A stretch of DNA of 64,000 bases, from positions 384 through 64,383 of the forward strand of contig JAGVKD010000004.1 of NCBI GenBank assembly GCA_020050795.1, in the 5' to 3' direction. A program made the position numbers and the translations under genes. The notes beneath the pieces are model-generated. The model was not told where the DNA came from and did not search any database. It saw only the letters and a program-made list of their open reading frames with translations. Positions 47,176-55,216 of this stretch are shown one piece after another (position 1 is the first letter of the stretch; every line of letters starts with the position of its first letter). The stretch is from Candidatus Babeliales bacterium (GTDB lineage: Bacteria > Babelota > Babeliae > Babelales > Vermiphilaceae).

Positions 47176-47638
47176 TTTCAAATCCATGTTGGTTTGTTTG
47201 GTTGTTGCTAATTTCTTGGAGTTTTCTTTCAATAGATTGTCTGCATTTTTCTCGCTCTCTAAAAACAGAAAAATCTTGGTGATTTCCGCCGCCATGCCCA
47301 TCGATTATATGTTGGCTCAATTGATCTTGATGCAGTCTATCCAACTCCATAAGATCGGTTAAGGCTTGTCTTATCGAATCACTTGCTCGTTGATGTGCGC
47401 CGGCAATGCGCCGTGGGTTTTCACACATCTTCCGCTCTTCTTCGGTTATATAGTTATCCCGTTCAGCAAGATTACTTATGAGATTATGCGCGAGCTCCGC
47501 GAGGACATTCATATCTGACAGACTTAATTTTCCTATCGAATTTTGTGTAGCAGGGGTGAGCTGTGGGTCATTGTTATCATTCATGCATATGGCAGATCCA
47601 GTTGCGCAGAGTAGCAAAATAGTGAGTGCGTATTTCAT
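47165..47638 (-). CDS. array A member 9, class II leader
   Basis: MKYALTILLLCATGSAIC|MNDNN. AGGAG lies 7 nt upstream of ATG 47636-47638. Ends FENEL. Confidence 0.6.
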   Translation of the reverse strand: MKYALTILLLCATGSAICMNDNNDPQLTPATQNSIGKLSLSDMNVLAELAHNLISNLAERDNYITEEERKMCENPRRIAGAHQRASDSIRQALTDLMELDRLHQDQLSQHIIDGHGGGNHQDFSVFREREKCRQSIERKLQEISNNQTNQHGFENEL

Positions 47639-47676
47639 CTTCAAACTCCTGAGTGAGAATTATTAATGGTAACGGG

Positions 47677-48234
47677 TCAATTATAATCAGTTACGTTAAA
47701 AACCTTGCGTGTTTTCGTGAGCAATTTTTGGTACATATTTCTTTGTTGTACGGCAGCGAATACTTTCTTGGAAGCATCTTGCTCATCACTGAGCCCGAGT
47801 TGAATGATTGTCTTCTTATAATTCTCAAGGGAGTCCACTAAATGTCTCACTATAAATTCTCCTTCTCGCTGTTTGGCCTCGGAGGCTAATCCTTTAAAAT
47901 CTTCCACAGAAGCAGTGTGCCATGCGAGTCGCTGCAGATAATCTTCAAGTACGGCCATTGAGGCGAAATAATTCTCACCAAGCTCATCTAAAAAGTTGGG
48001 ACGCCCCGCCTCGAACTGCATTTTTAAACGACGTCGTTCTCTAAATATTGTAAGACAGGAAGTCTTATTGAAAATATCAAGGTTATGAGCCTCTATAAAT
48101 AATGATGTGCGTGGAGAGAATGGAGTTCTTTCCGCTGCAGGGTGTTCAGTGGTGTCAGAATCAGAATTGGCATCTTCCATAGCCTGTGCGCAGAATGTGG
48201 CACAAAGCAATATGAAGAAAATTTTTGTTTTCAT
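47677..48234 (-). CDS. array A member 10, degenerate class I leader, SPRT motif
   Basis: MKTKIFFILLCATFCAQA|MEDAN; TPFSPRTSLF; ENYF...FIVRHL. Confidence 0.6.
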   Translation of the reverse strand: MKTKIFFILLCATFCAQAMEDANSDSDTTEHPAAERTPFSPRTSLFIEAHNLDIFNKTSCLTIFRERRRLKMQFEAGRPNFLDELGENYFASMAVLEDYLQRLAWHTASVEDFKGLASEAKQREGEFIVRHLVDSLENYKKTIIQLGLSDEQDASKKVFAAVQQRNMYQKLLTKTRKVFNVTDYN

Positions 48235-48330
48235 ATGAGTCCTGTGTAAACAAAGATGTGAGTCTATTTCAGCGGTGATAGTATAGGCCAAAGCATGGCA
48301 AGATGCAAAAATGAGAGTGTGTGCGAAAAC

Positions 48331-48364
48331 AAAAAAAGCCCCCGTCATGAACGAGGGCTTTTGA
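48331..48364 (-). terminator. rho-independent terminator after array member 11
   Basis: Stem gcccccgt/acgagggc (one mismatch), with a T-run on the minus strand. Confidence 0.55.
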
Positions 48365-48376
48365 AATTTAAATCAA

Positions 48377-49054
48377 CTATTTAATATTCTGTTGCTCTTC
48401 GAAATCTTTTAATTTCGTGAGATCAAATTGTGCGGCTTCGAGCTTTGCAACCTCTTCAACAATGGTTGTGGCACGCGCATAGTAGTTTGTCCAGACTCTA
48501 TCGATTGCCTTTGAGTCGAGATTTCTGCGGCTAACTGTCGCATCCGCTTCTAATTTTAGTTGCGCCTTCGTCGCTTCGGCATGCGCATCCTTCAAATTCC
48601 CATGAGTTGCTTCAATTGCTTTTTTGAGTTCAGCTATCCTCGTTGTGAGAACCGCTTTTTTGGCATTGATAGCCTGCGAAAGAAGGACGCCCTTGTGATC
48701 AGCATGTGCTGCTAGATGTTGAAGAAGGCGTTCTCTGTCACTGGGAGCCTTGATACCATTTTTTGCTCTATTTGCTGCATTGAGGAATACCTTCCCATCA
48801 CTCTTGCCAGATAATAAGTCCTGGAGAGCATCATCGAGGTGCTTAGCAATGAGTTTTTCTGTTGATTCTGGTGCGGGAAGCAATCCTTTAATCTCTGCAT
48901 TTCCCTTCTCAAGTTCTTCAAGAAGGAATGAAGTGCGGGGCGTTTGTGGAGTTGATTGAGCTGCAGGTGGAACTGTATTCGGCTGCCCAGATTCCATGCA
49001 GGATGTGGTGCCAGCGGCTAAGAGCGTTAACGAAAGAATTGATAGTTTTTTCAT
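48377..49054 (-). CDS. array A member 11, class III-like leader, TPRT motif
   Basis: MKKLSILSLTLLAAGTTSC|MESGQ; TPQTPRTSFLLEELEKGN. Confidence 0.6.
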   Translation of the reverse strand: MKKLSILSLTLLAAGTTSCMESGQPNTVPPAAQSTPQTPRTSFLLEELEKGNAEIKGLLPAPESTEKLIAKHLDDALQDLLSGKSDGKVFLNAANRAKNGIKAPSDRERLLQHLAAHADHKGVLLSQAINAKKAVLTTRIAELKKAIEATHGNLKDAHAEATKAQLKLEADATVSRRNLDSKAIDRVWTNYYARATTIVEEVAKLEAAQFDLTKLKDFEEQQNIK

Positions 49055-49096
49055 GGAAGTGTCTTTCCTTTAAAAATGAGAACAATACAATGTTAT

Positions 49097-49744
49097 TTAT
49101 TTACCAGCGGCTTGGATTGCATAAAGACAGGCCGTAATTTTTGTTAGACATTTTCGGTAGGGCTTCCAAACTTCATCAACAGCGGCTCCTTCAAGTTGTT
49201 TTCCCGTTGCATTGCATTGCGCAAGTTTTGCGTGTGCGATTCGGTTTTCTCGTTTCAACTTTGGAAAGAGTGTGAGTGCAAGCTGTTGTGTGGCGGCTTT
49301 GCATTCTGGTCTGGAGATATGGGCTAGTATAACTGTGTCATCAGAGAGAAGATTCTGCTTCTCTTTAGTTGCAGCGTTCATTATGTAAGTCTTATTTTCT
49401 TCAGAACCATTTACCAATTCAAGAAGCTGCTCTTCCTGAAGCTGAAATTCCGCCTCAGTTGGAACCGGAAATCCAGCCAGATGGGCATTGCACCACGCAG
49501 CCACAGATTTTTGAGTTGTTACATATACCTGTTCCTTCAAAGAGCGCTCTGCACTTTCTTCAATCACGTGGCTGAACAATTCTTGTTTTGGAAGTCTTTG
49601 CATAATGCCCGCATTTCCAAGGCGAAGTTCTTCAAGAAGGAATTTGGTACGTGGACTTTGTGGAACTAATCCAACTGCAGATTCCATAGCGGATAGAGTG
49701 CCAGCAAAGAAAACTGTTATGGAGAGAAGCGACAGTTTATTCAT
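49097..49744 (-). CDS. array A member 12, class III leader, SPRT motif
   Basis: MNKLSLLSITVFFAGTLSA|MESAV; VPQSPRTKFLLEELRLGN. Confidence 0.65.
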   Translation of the reverse strand: MNKLSLLSITVFFAGTLSAMESAVGLVPQSPRTKFLLEELRLGNAGIMQRLPKQELFSHVIEESAERSLKEQVYVTTQKSVAAWCNAHLAGFPVPTEAEFQLQEEQLLELVNGSEENKTYIMNAATKEKQNLLSDDTVILAHISRPECKAATQQLALTLFPKLKRENRIAHAKLAQCNATGKQLEGAAVDEVWKPYRKCLTKITACLYAIQAAGK

Positions 49745-49751
49745 AGGTGTA
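49684..49751 (-). repeat. class III leader cassette copy (68 nt), paired with 50404..50471
   Basis: 67/68 nt identical to 50404..50471. Covers 7 nt of 5' UTR, the whole leader and the Met-Glu after it. Confidence 0.85.
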
Positions 49752-49765
49752 TCTTTCATATAAAA

Positions 49766-50464
49766 TTAAAGTCCAATTTCGAAGTTTCGAATTGCGTGAA
49801 GACAGAGCTCAATCCTGTTTAGACATGCTTGGTAGGGTCTCCAGATTTCTTCTTTCACTCTTATTCTTTCATCAATTGTTGTTTCAGGTTTGATAGTTGC
49901 TTCGTACTGAGCAAGTTTTGCTTTTGCGATGAGGCTTTCCCGTTTCAATCTTGGATAATAGATTGCTTTTACGCGGAGTTGTAAAGCGCCAACGGAGGTA
50001 TTTCGTGCAAGTGGCGAGGGTTCAGATAGAATAACACGCCTATGATCAGTTGCAGATCGTACCATGAGATCTTTGTTTTCTTCAGAATGGTTTATAAATT
50101 CAAGAAGATCTTTTTCTTGAAGCAGAAATTCTCCCTCAGTAGGAATCGGAAATCCTTGATCCAGATGATTGACCCAAGCGCACACATGTTGGGTAACGCG
50201 AGCTTTTTCACTCCAATTTAGATGGTATTCTAAGCTGCGATCAGTTGTCTCTTCAGCATGGCTAGAGGACTTTCGCTCTGGCAGGAGCTGTTTAATGGCT
50301 TCATTGCCAAGACGAAGTTCTTCAAGAAGGAATTTGGTGCGCGGACTTGCGGGAGCTACAGCATCGATTTCTTCTGATCTGAGTCGTTTTGCGTGATCAG
50401 GCTCCATAGCGGATAGCGTGCCAGCAAAGAAAACTGTTATGGAGAGAAGCGACAGTTTATTCAT
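49766..50464 (-). CDS. array A member 13, class III leader, SPRT motif
   Basis: MNKLSLLSITVFFAGTLSA|MEPDH; APASPRTKFLLEELRLGN. Confidence 0.65.
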   Translation of the reverse strand: MNKLSLLSITVFFAGTLSAMEPDHAKRLRSEEIDAVAPASPRTKFLLEELRLGNEAIKQLLPERKSSSHAEETTDRSLEYHLNWSEKARVTQHVCAWVNHLDQGFPIPTEGEFLLQEKDLLEFINHSEENKDLMVRSATDHRRVILSEPSPLARNTSVGALQLRVKAIYYPRLKRESLIAKAKLAQYEATIKPETTIDERIRVKEEIWRPYQACLNRIELCLHAIRNFEIGL

Positions 50465-50471
50465 AGGTGTA
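50404..50471 (-). repeat. class III leader cassette copy (68 nt), paired with 49684..49751
   Basis: See 49684..49751. Confidence 0.85.
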
Positions 50472-50499
50472 ACCTTAGATTGAGTGTTGTTATATATGC

Positions 50500-52221
50500 T
50501 TATCGAGTTAACTGTGCAATAAATTCCGTCGGTTCAATATCATACAGCTCTGCGCCCCAACGTGCAATTTCTTTTTCGTGATGTGGATCAATAACGATGA
50601 AGGTTGGCACGCCCACTACATGGAATTTTTCTGCAACTGATTGATCGATATCTTCCAACTTGACGGTAACATAATCATTTAATTTTTTTTGCACATCAAC
50701 GCAGCAAAAGAGCGTGCGATCGATTGCTTTGCAGATTGAACAGTAGGGCGCGCTCACATCGAGAAACAGTAATTTGTTTTCCCGTTTTGCGTGCTCAATT
50801 CCCTCTTCATATGAATGAATCCAAGCGCTTGTTGGTGATGTTTCGCACTGACATTGATGCATTGCTTGATAGGATTTTGCCGCCATAACCACAAATGCGG
50901 CCGTCAGGATCATGCCGATAACATTGTGTATTTTTTTCCATACGCCAACACTTTTTGTTGCTTCATGCAAATAGAATAACCCAGCGCCGAGAGTCAAAAA
51001 TGAGGCGATCCACATAATGGCAGTCCATGGCAAAATATTGCTCAAAAAATGAAGACTCGTTGCCAAAATAATAAATCCAAATGCTTTTTTAATTTCCACC
51101 ATCCACATGCCCGCGCGTGGCAGAGCGTTCATTGATGAAGAAAATGTGCCGATGATCAGCAATGGAATACCCAGTCCTATCCCAAAGAAAAAGAGCAGCA
51201 AGAAGCCAAGCAGCGTGCTGCCTAGCGTGGTGACAAGCGTGAGCAGTAGCAGCAAGCCAGGAGATAAGCAGGGTGATGCAATCGACCCACTCACGGCACC
51301 AAGCATGAAAATAGAAATGATTGAACCGTTGTGATTGCTCGATTTGCTACTTTGCAAAAAGCGCGGGATATACATGTCATAAAAACCAATCATTGAGCCG
51401 GCCATGTAGACCAGCAATGCCACAATGGCAATAATAAACCAAGGTCTGGCAAGTAGATTTCCACAGAGTTTTCCCGTGCACGAAGCGAGCAAACCAAGCA
51501 GCGCAAAGGTGGTGGCAATGCCAATCACATAACAGAGTGCCAACAGAAAATTACGTCCCACCGATTTGGTGCTGTGTGATTGCAACACACCCACGGTGAT
51601 CGGAATCATCGGATAGATGCACGGTGTGAGGCTCAAAATAAGACCAAGCAAAAGTGCAAGAATCAGGCGCAAAGCCATCGATTCGGTATTTTGCAGCGTG
51701 TCGGAAAAATAGGAGGACCAGGAAGAAGGTTTTTTTGGTTCTGCTTCTTGCGGTGGCGTAGTTGTTTTGTGAGAATGCATCGTAGATTCTTCAGCTGCTA
51801 GTTGTTCAACAATTGATGCTGGCGGATTATTCATCACAATCGGGAATGAGGCATGCTCAATTTTGTGCGTATTTTTCTGATAATAGCTCACATGCAAATG
51901 TGCGTCAGGAGTTTGTGCATTTTCAGTTTCTGCGCGAAATGAAAAGGTGACTGGTTCATAATAGGCGAGTTTCGTATTATTAAATCCCGTATCATATTGT
52001 TCGCGCGGCGTGCTCGATGCACGGGCTGGCGACAGGGTGATGGCTGGATGGTCAGTGGAAAAAGAAAGATAATCATGGTACAAACAATCACCCGCATCAA
52101 CATTAAAATTGACTTGCACATCACTTGAGTGTTCGTCTATTGGTGTTATAGTACAGGTTGGCGCTGCACTCAGGATGGTGGTGCAGAGTGTCAGAAATAA
52201 TGGTACGAATTTTTTTAGCAT
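50500..52221 (-). CDS. dsbD: thiol:disulfide interchange protein DsbD (N-domain + CcdA-like membrane core + thioredoxin domain)
   Basis: Leader MLKKFVPLFLTLCTTILSA. Membrane core LTPCIYPMIPITVG and SPCLSPGLLL. C-terminal thioredoxin fold with APYCSICK. Confidence 0.85.
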   Translation of the reverse strand: MLKKFVPLFLTLCTTILSAAPTCTITPIDEHSSDVQVNFNVDAGDCLYHDYLSFSTDHPAITLSPARASSTPREQYDTGFNNTKLAYYEPVTFSFRAETENAQTPDAHLHVSYYQKNTHKIEHASFPIVMNNPPASIVEQLAAEESTMHSHKTTTPPQEAEPKKPSSWSSYFSDTLQNTESMALRLILALLLGLILSLTPCIYPMIPITVGVLQSHSTKSVGRNFLLALCYVIGIATTFALLGLLASCTGKLCGNLLARPWFIIAIVALLVYMAGSMIGFYDMYIPRFLQSSKSSNHNGSIISIFMLGAVSGSIASPCLSPGLLLLLTLVTTLGSTLLGFLLLFFFGIGLGIPLLIIGTFSSSMNALPRAGMWMVEIKKAFGFIILATSLHFLSNILPWTAIMWIASFLTLGAGLFYLHEATKSVGVWKKIHNVIGMILTAAFVVMAAKSYQAMHQCQCETSPTSAWIHSYEEGIEHAKRENKLLFLDVSAPYCSICKAIDRTLFCCVDVQKKLNDYVTVKLEDIDQSVAEKFHVVGVPTFIVIDPHHEKEIARWGAELYDIEPTEFIAQLTR

Positions 52222-52264
52222 AATGAATGTCCTTTTATAGCTCACGTTGAAAAAGGTGAATGTC

Positions 52265-53608
52265 ATGAAGAATAACACATATTTATTATTGTTGATCTCC
52301 GCAGTGTTATACGCACTGCCCTTTCTTTTTATACACCAACTTTGGTGGCTCGTCTTTCTCTATCCTATACCACTTTTGTATGCAGCACTATACAACCGAT
52401 TAACCTTTTTACACGGTGTTTTTTGGGGTGCGATCTCGTGGGGATTGCATCTGAGCGGTGTTTTGTATGCCATCATTAGTATGGCGCAAGGCAGCTGGGG
52501 CTATGCATTAATTCCCGCGGTGGGCATTGTGCTCTATCAAGCATTTTTTGTGGGAATCATTTTCTGGCTCACGCAATCATTAATCGAATATAGTCGTTCG
52601 CTCAAAATCGAGCGTGAATTGGGAATTTGGACCGTTGCTCTTTTTGTATACACCTACTGGGTGGATCGTTGGTGCTTGTTTGTGTTTGGTCGTGTGGAAG
52701 GATATCAATTGATGCATCCGCTCATGCCACTTGCAAAACATCCGGCATTGTTGGCCCTCTTGCCAATCCTGGGCAAGGTGGGACTCACCGCATTATTCTT
52801 TGTGGTTGCAGCAACGGCAACTTATGCACTTGTGCGCAGAACATTGTTCTCAGTGGGATTGTGTGCGCTTAGTTTGCTGCCCTGGTTGGCGAGTGCCTTG
52901 CTTGCACAACCGCATCAACCAGAACCAGAATGGGTTTCAAAAATTGTGACGATGCCAACTATTTTCCCGGCAGCGAATAATAAAGTGGCGATGGTGCGCG
53001 CAGCGGGCGATGAGTTTGCCTACATTGTGCGACAAGAACCGAATGCGCAACTGATTGTGATGCCGGAATCTTCCTATTATGACGATCGTCTTGCAGAACG
53101 AAATGAAACTCAACAATTTTGGGCAGATAATCACGTCGGCAAAAATATTAATTTGTTGGTGGGTGCCTTTCGCCGTGATGATGGCATCTTCTACAATTCG
53201 GTCTATTGGTATAAAAATGGGCAACTACAATCCTATTTTGATAAACGACACACGATGGTGTTGACCGAGCATATTCCTTCTTTTCTTAATTTTGGGCAGA
53301 TCAATGACATGTATTTCCGTGCCTATCCGCAGCGCTGCATTGGCTGCAATGAGCGGACACCATTCGCACTGTTGGATGAGCAATCATTTGTGCCCTATGT
53401 CTGTTCGGAGCTTTTTTTCAATGAGCGTCCTGATGATAACTATCAGAATATGCCTATTATTTTTGTTTCGAATGATATGTGGTTCGATCTGCCCGGTTCG
53501 CGCTATGTGCAGGATCTGATGGAAGTGGGTGCGCAATTCAAAGCGATTCAATGGCAGCGAGATATTGTCTACACCTCTGTTTCGCGCATGAATTTTATTG
53601 GCAAATGA
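52265..53608 (+). CDS. lnt: apolipoprotein N-acyltransferase
   Basis: Multi-TM N-terminus plus a CN-hydrolase domain with the E/K/C triad contexts LIVMPESSYY, YFDKRH, VCSELFF. Confidence 0.8.
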   Translation: MKNNTYLLLLISAVLYALPFLFIHQLWWLVFLYPIPLLYAALYNRLTFLHGVFWGAISWGLHLSGVLYAIISMAQGSWGYALIPAVGIVLYQAFFVGIIFWLTQSLIEYSRSLKIERELGIWTVALFVYTYWVDRWCLFVFGRVEGYQLMHPLMPLAKHPALLALLPILGKVGLTALFFVVAATATYALVRRTLFSVGLCALSLLPWLASALLAQPHQPEPEWVSKIVTMPTIFPAANNKVAMVRAAGDEFAYIVRQEPNAQLIVMPESSYYDDRLAERNETQQFWADNHVGKNINLLVGAFRRDDGIFYNSVYWYKNGQLQSYFDKRHTMVLTEHIPSFLNFGQINDMYFRAYPQRCIGCNERTPFALLDEQSFVPYVCSELFFNERPDDNYQNMPIIFVSNDMWFDLPGSRYVQDLMEVGAQFKAIQWQRDIVYTSVSRMNFIGK

Positions 53609-54112
53609 AGGTGAACCTGCGCGGTAAAGCGTAAGATTTTTGCACAGTCAAACCGTTTCATTCCTTGTTTTTCTTTTTGTGCATATTTATATCGCTGTTT
53701 CTAAGGGTATTGCTTGCCCAATACCCTTAACCCAATGCACCAGCAGATTGCTGGACCCTCCGCTCCCCGCCGAACATAGGGCACTCATCATCATGCTTAC
53801 GCATAATGCTTCGCACCCATACCACTCACCGGGGCCGGACTTATGTTTAAGGATTATTATAATTATAAAGAGTTTCGAATGGTTCGCTTATTTTTAAAAC
53901 AATATATTATGTCCGTTCGTCCTGGCCTGCCCGCCATAGCTTGCCGAGTCGGAAGACCCGGATAAGCGACGGCTGGGAGTGTTTTGCGTAAGCAAAATGT
54001 ATCGAAGGATATCGAACTCCTTGCTCTCGCCTGTTTTTTCATCGCGCCTGCCCTTCGTAGCTTTTAGCGAAGTAGGGCCTGCTTTTTTATCTCATCACGC
54101 ATAATTTTTCCA

Positions 54113-54150
54113 AAGAAAAACCCCCGAGAATTTCTCGAGGGTTTTTTGAT
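54113..54150. terminator. bidirectional rho-independent terminator
   Basis: aaaaa-cccccgaga-attt-tctcgaggg-tttttt (one mismatch). Confidence 0.6.
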
Positions 54151-54201
54151 TTTCTCCGAATGGGGTCCCCACACCAGTGGGGATTTTCTACTGGGGATTT
54201 T

Positions 54202-55170
54202 CTACGTTGTTTTTGTTTCAAGAATTTTGATGTTGCCACTTTTGCATGACAGTTCAATGTTTGCTTCACCAGAGCCCAACATGCCATCAATTTCTTTTTT
54301 GAATTGATTCCAGGTGCGGCGGTTCAATTTGGTTGCGCGTGTTTCGAGCTGCACATAATGGTCACACATTAAAGTTCCCTTCTCAGTGCGTCCGCGGATA
54401 GTAGCATTCGCTTCTGAAGGAAGCGCTAGGACGATACTTCCAGACGCAGTTTCCAGTTTAATGCGGCCAGTCTGCGGTACTGCAGAGCAGATCGAATTGA
54501 TTGTGCCACGTTCTGCGCATGCGACAATATTATCACTTGCATCTTTGATAGTGATGTTACCGTTGTGAGTATTTGCCTGAATTGGACCTTTTGAATCTTT
54601 GATTAAAATAGATCCAGATTTTTGTGTTTGCGCGACGACTAATTGCGTTGTGTTATTAATTTCGATATTGCCATGAGTGGTGCTTGCAGCAACAGAACCA
54701 TTCACATCATTCACCGTGATAGTGCCCCGTTTGGTAGTCAATTGCAGGCGCATGTCGGAAGGAACAATCAGTTCATAATCAACTTGTCCTTTCACATTAT
54801 CATTGCCATAGACTGTTGCGATAGTCAGATCGTCTTGACCATTTTCTTTTTGTTGTGCAGATTTCACACGAATATCAGGGAGCATTTCTTCTTTGTTAGT
54901 TCGTTTGGTTGCTTTAACACATACCGCATTTTGATTCCAATTAGTCCTGACGGTGATATTTCCATCGAAATTGTTGAGGGTGAACGTGCCAGGAGTGTGC
55001 ACTGCGTATTCTTTGTCTTCGGTTTGTTCGAAATTATAGTTGGTGAAAAAGCCAAATACTTTATCTTTGGTGCGTTTCAAAAATGATTCTTTTGCTTGCG
55101 GTGTATCGGATGCTACCATAGTGCCGAGGCATATAAGACTCACAAGTGATAAGATTTTTTTTGTATGCAT
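54202..55170 (-). CDS. secreted beta-rich protein, DUF4097-like (putative adhesin fold)
   Basis: Leader MHTKKILSLVSLICLGTMVA. Repeated G(N/T/S)I(T/E/L)(V/I) strands: GNITVRT, RGTITVND, HGNIEINN, SGSILIKD, NGNITIKD, SGSIVLAL, SGNIKILE. Confidence 0.5.
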   Translation of the reverse strand: MHTKKILSLVSLICLGTMVASDTPQAKESFLKRTKDKVFGFFTNYNFEQTEDKEYAVHTPGTFTLNNFDGNITVRTNWNQNAVCVKATKRTNKEEMLPDIRVKSAQQKENGQDDLTIATVYGNDNVKGQVDYELIVPSDMRLQLTTKRGTITVNDVNGSVAASTTHGNIEINNTTQLVVAQTQKSGSILIKDSKGPIQANTHNGNITIKDASDNIVACAERGTINSICSAVPQTGRIKLETASGSIVLALPSEANATIRGRTEKGTLMCDHYVQLETRATKLNRRTWNQFKKEIDGMLGSGEANIELSCKSGNIKILETKTT

Positions 55171-55216
55171 AAAAGAGTTCCTCTTTTTTTAGTACGTGAA
55201 TAAATGGTGTAAACAT

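Noticed and set aside
44525-47644. Class II leaders (LLLCATGSA.C) as possible lipoprotein lipoboxes
   Set aside because: The residue before the first Cys is Leu (L-L-L-C), which violates the [LVI][ASTVI][GAS]C lipobox. Cleavage after A-x-C by signal peptidase I is more plausible. Only 30772..31077 (LPA|C) looks like a true lipoprotein.
54178-54205. Perfect 14-nt tandem duplication tggggattttctac x2 at the stop codon of the DUF4097-like gene
   Set aside because: It has only two copies and no spacer structure, so it is not CRISPR-like. It is most simply a slippage duplication in the 3' end or UTR, with no functional inference possible.
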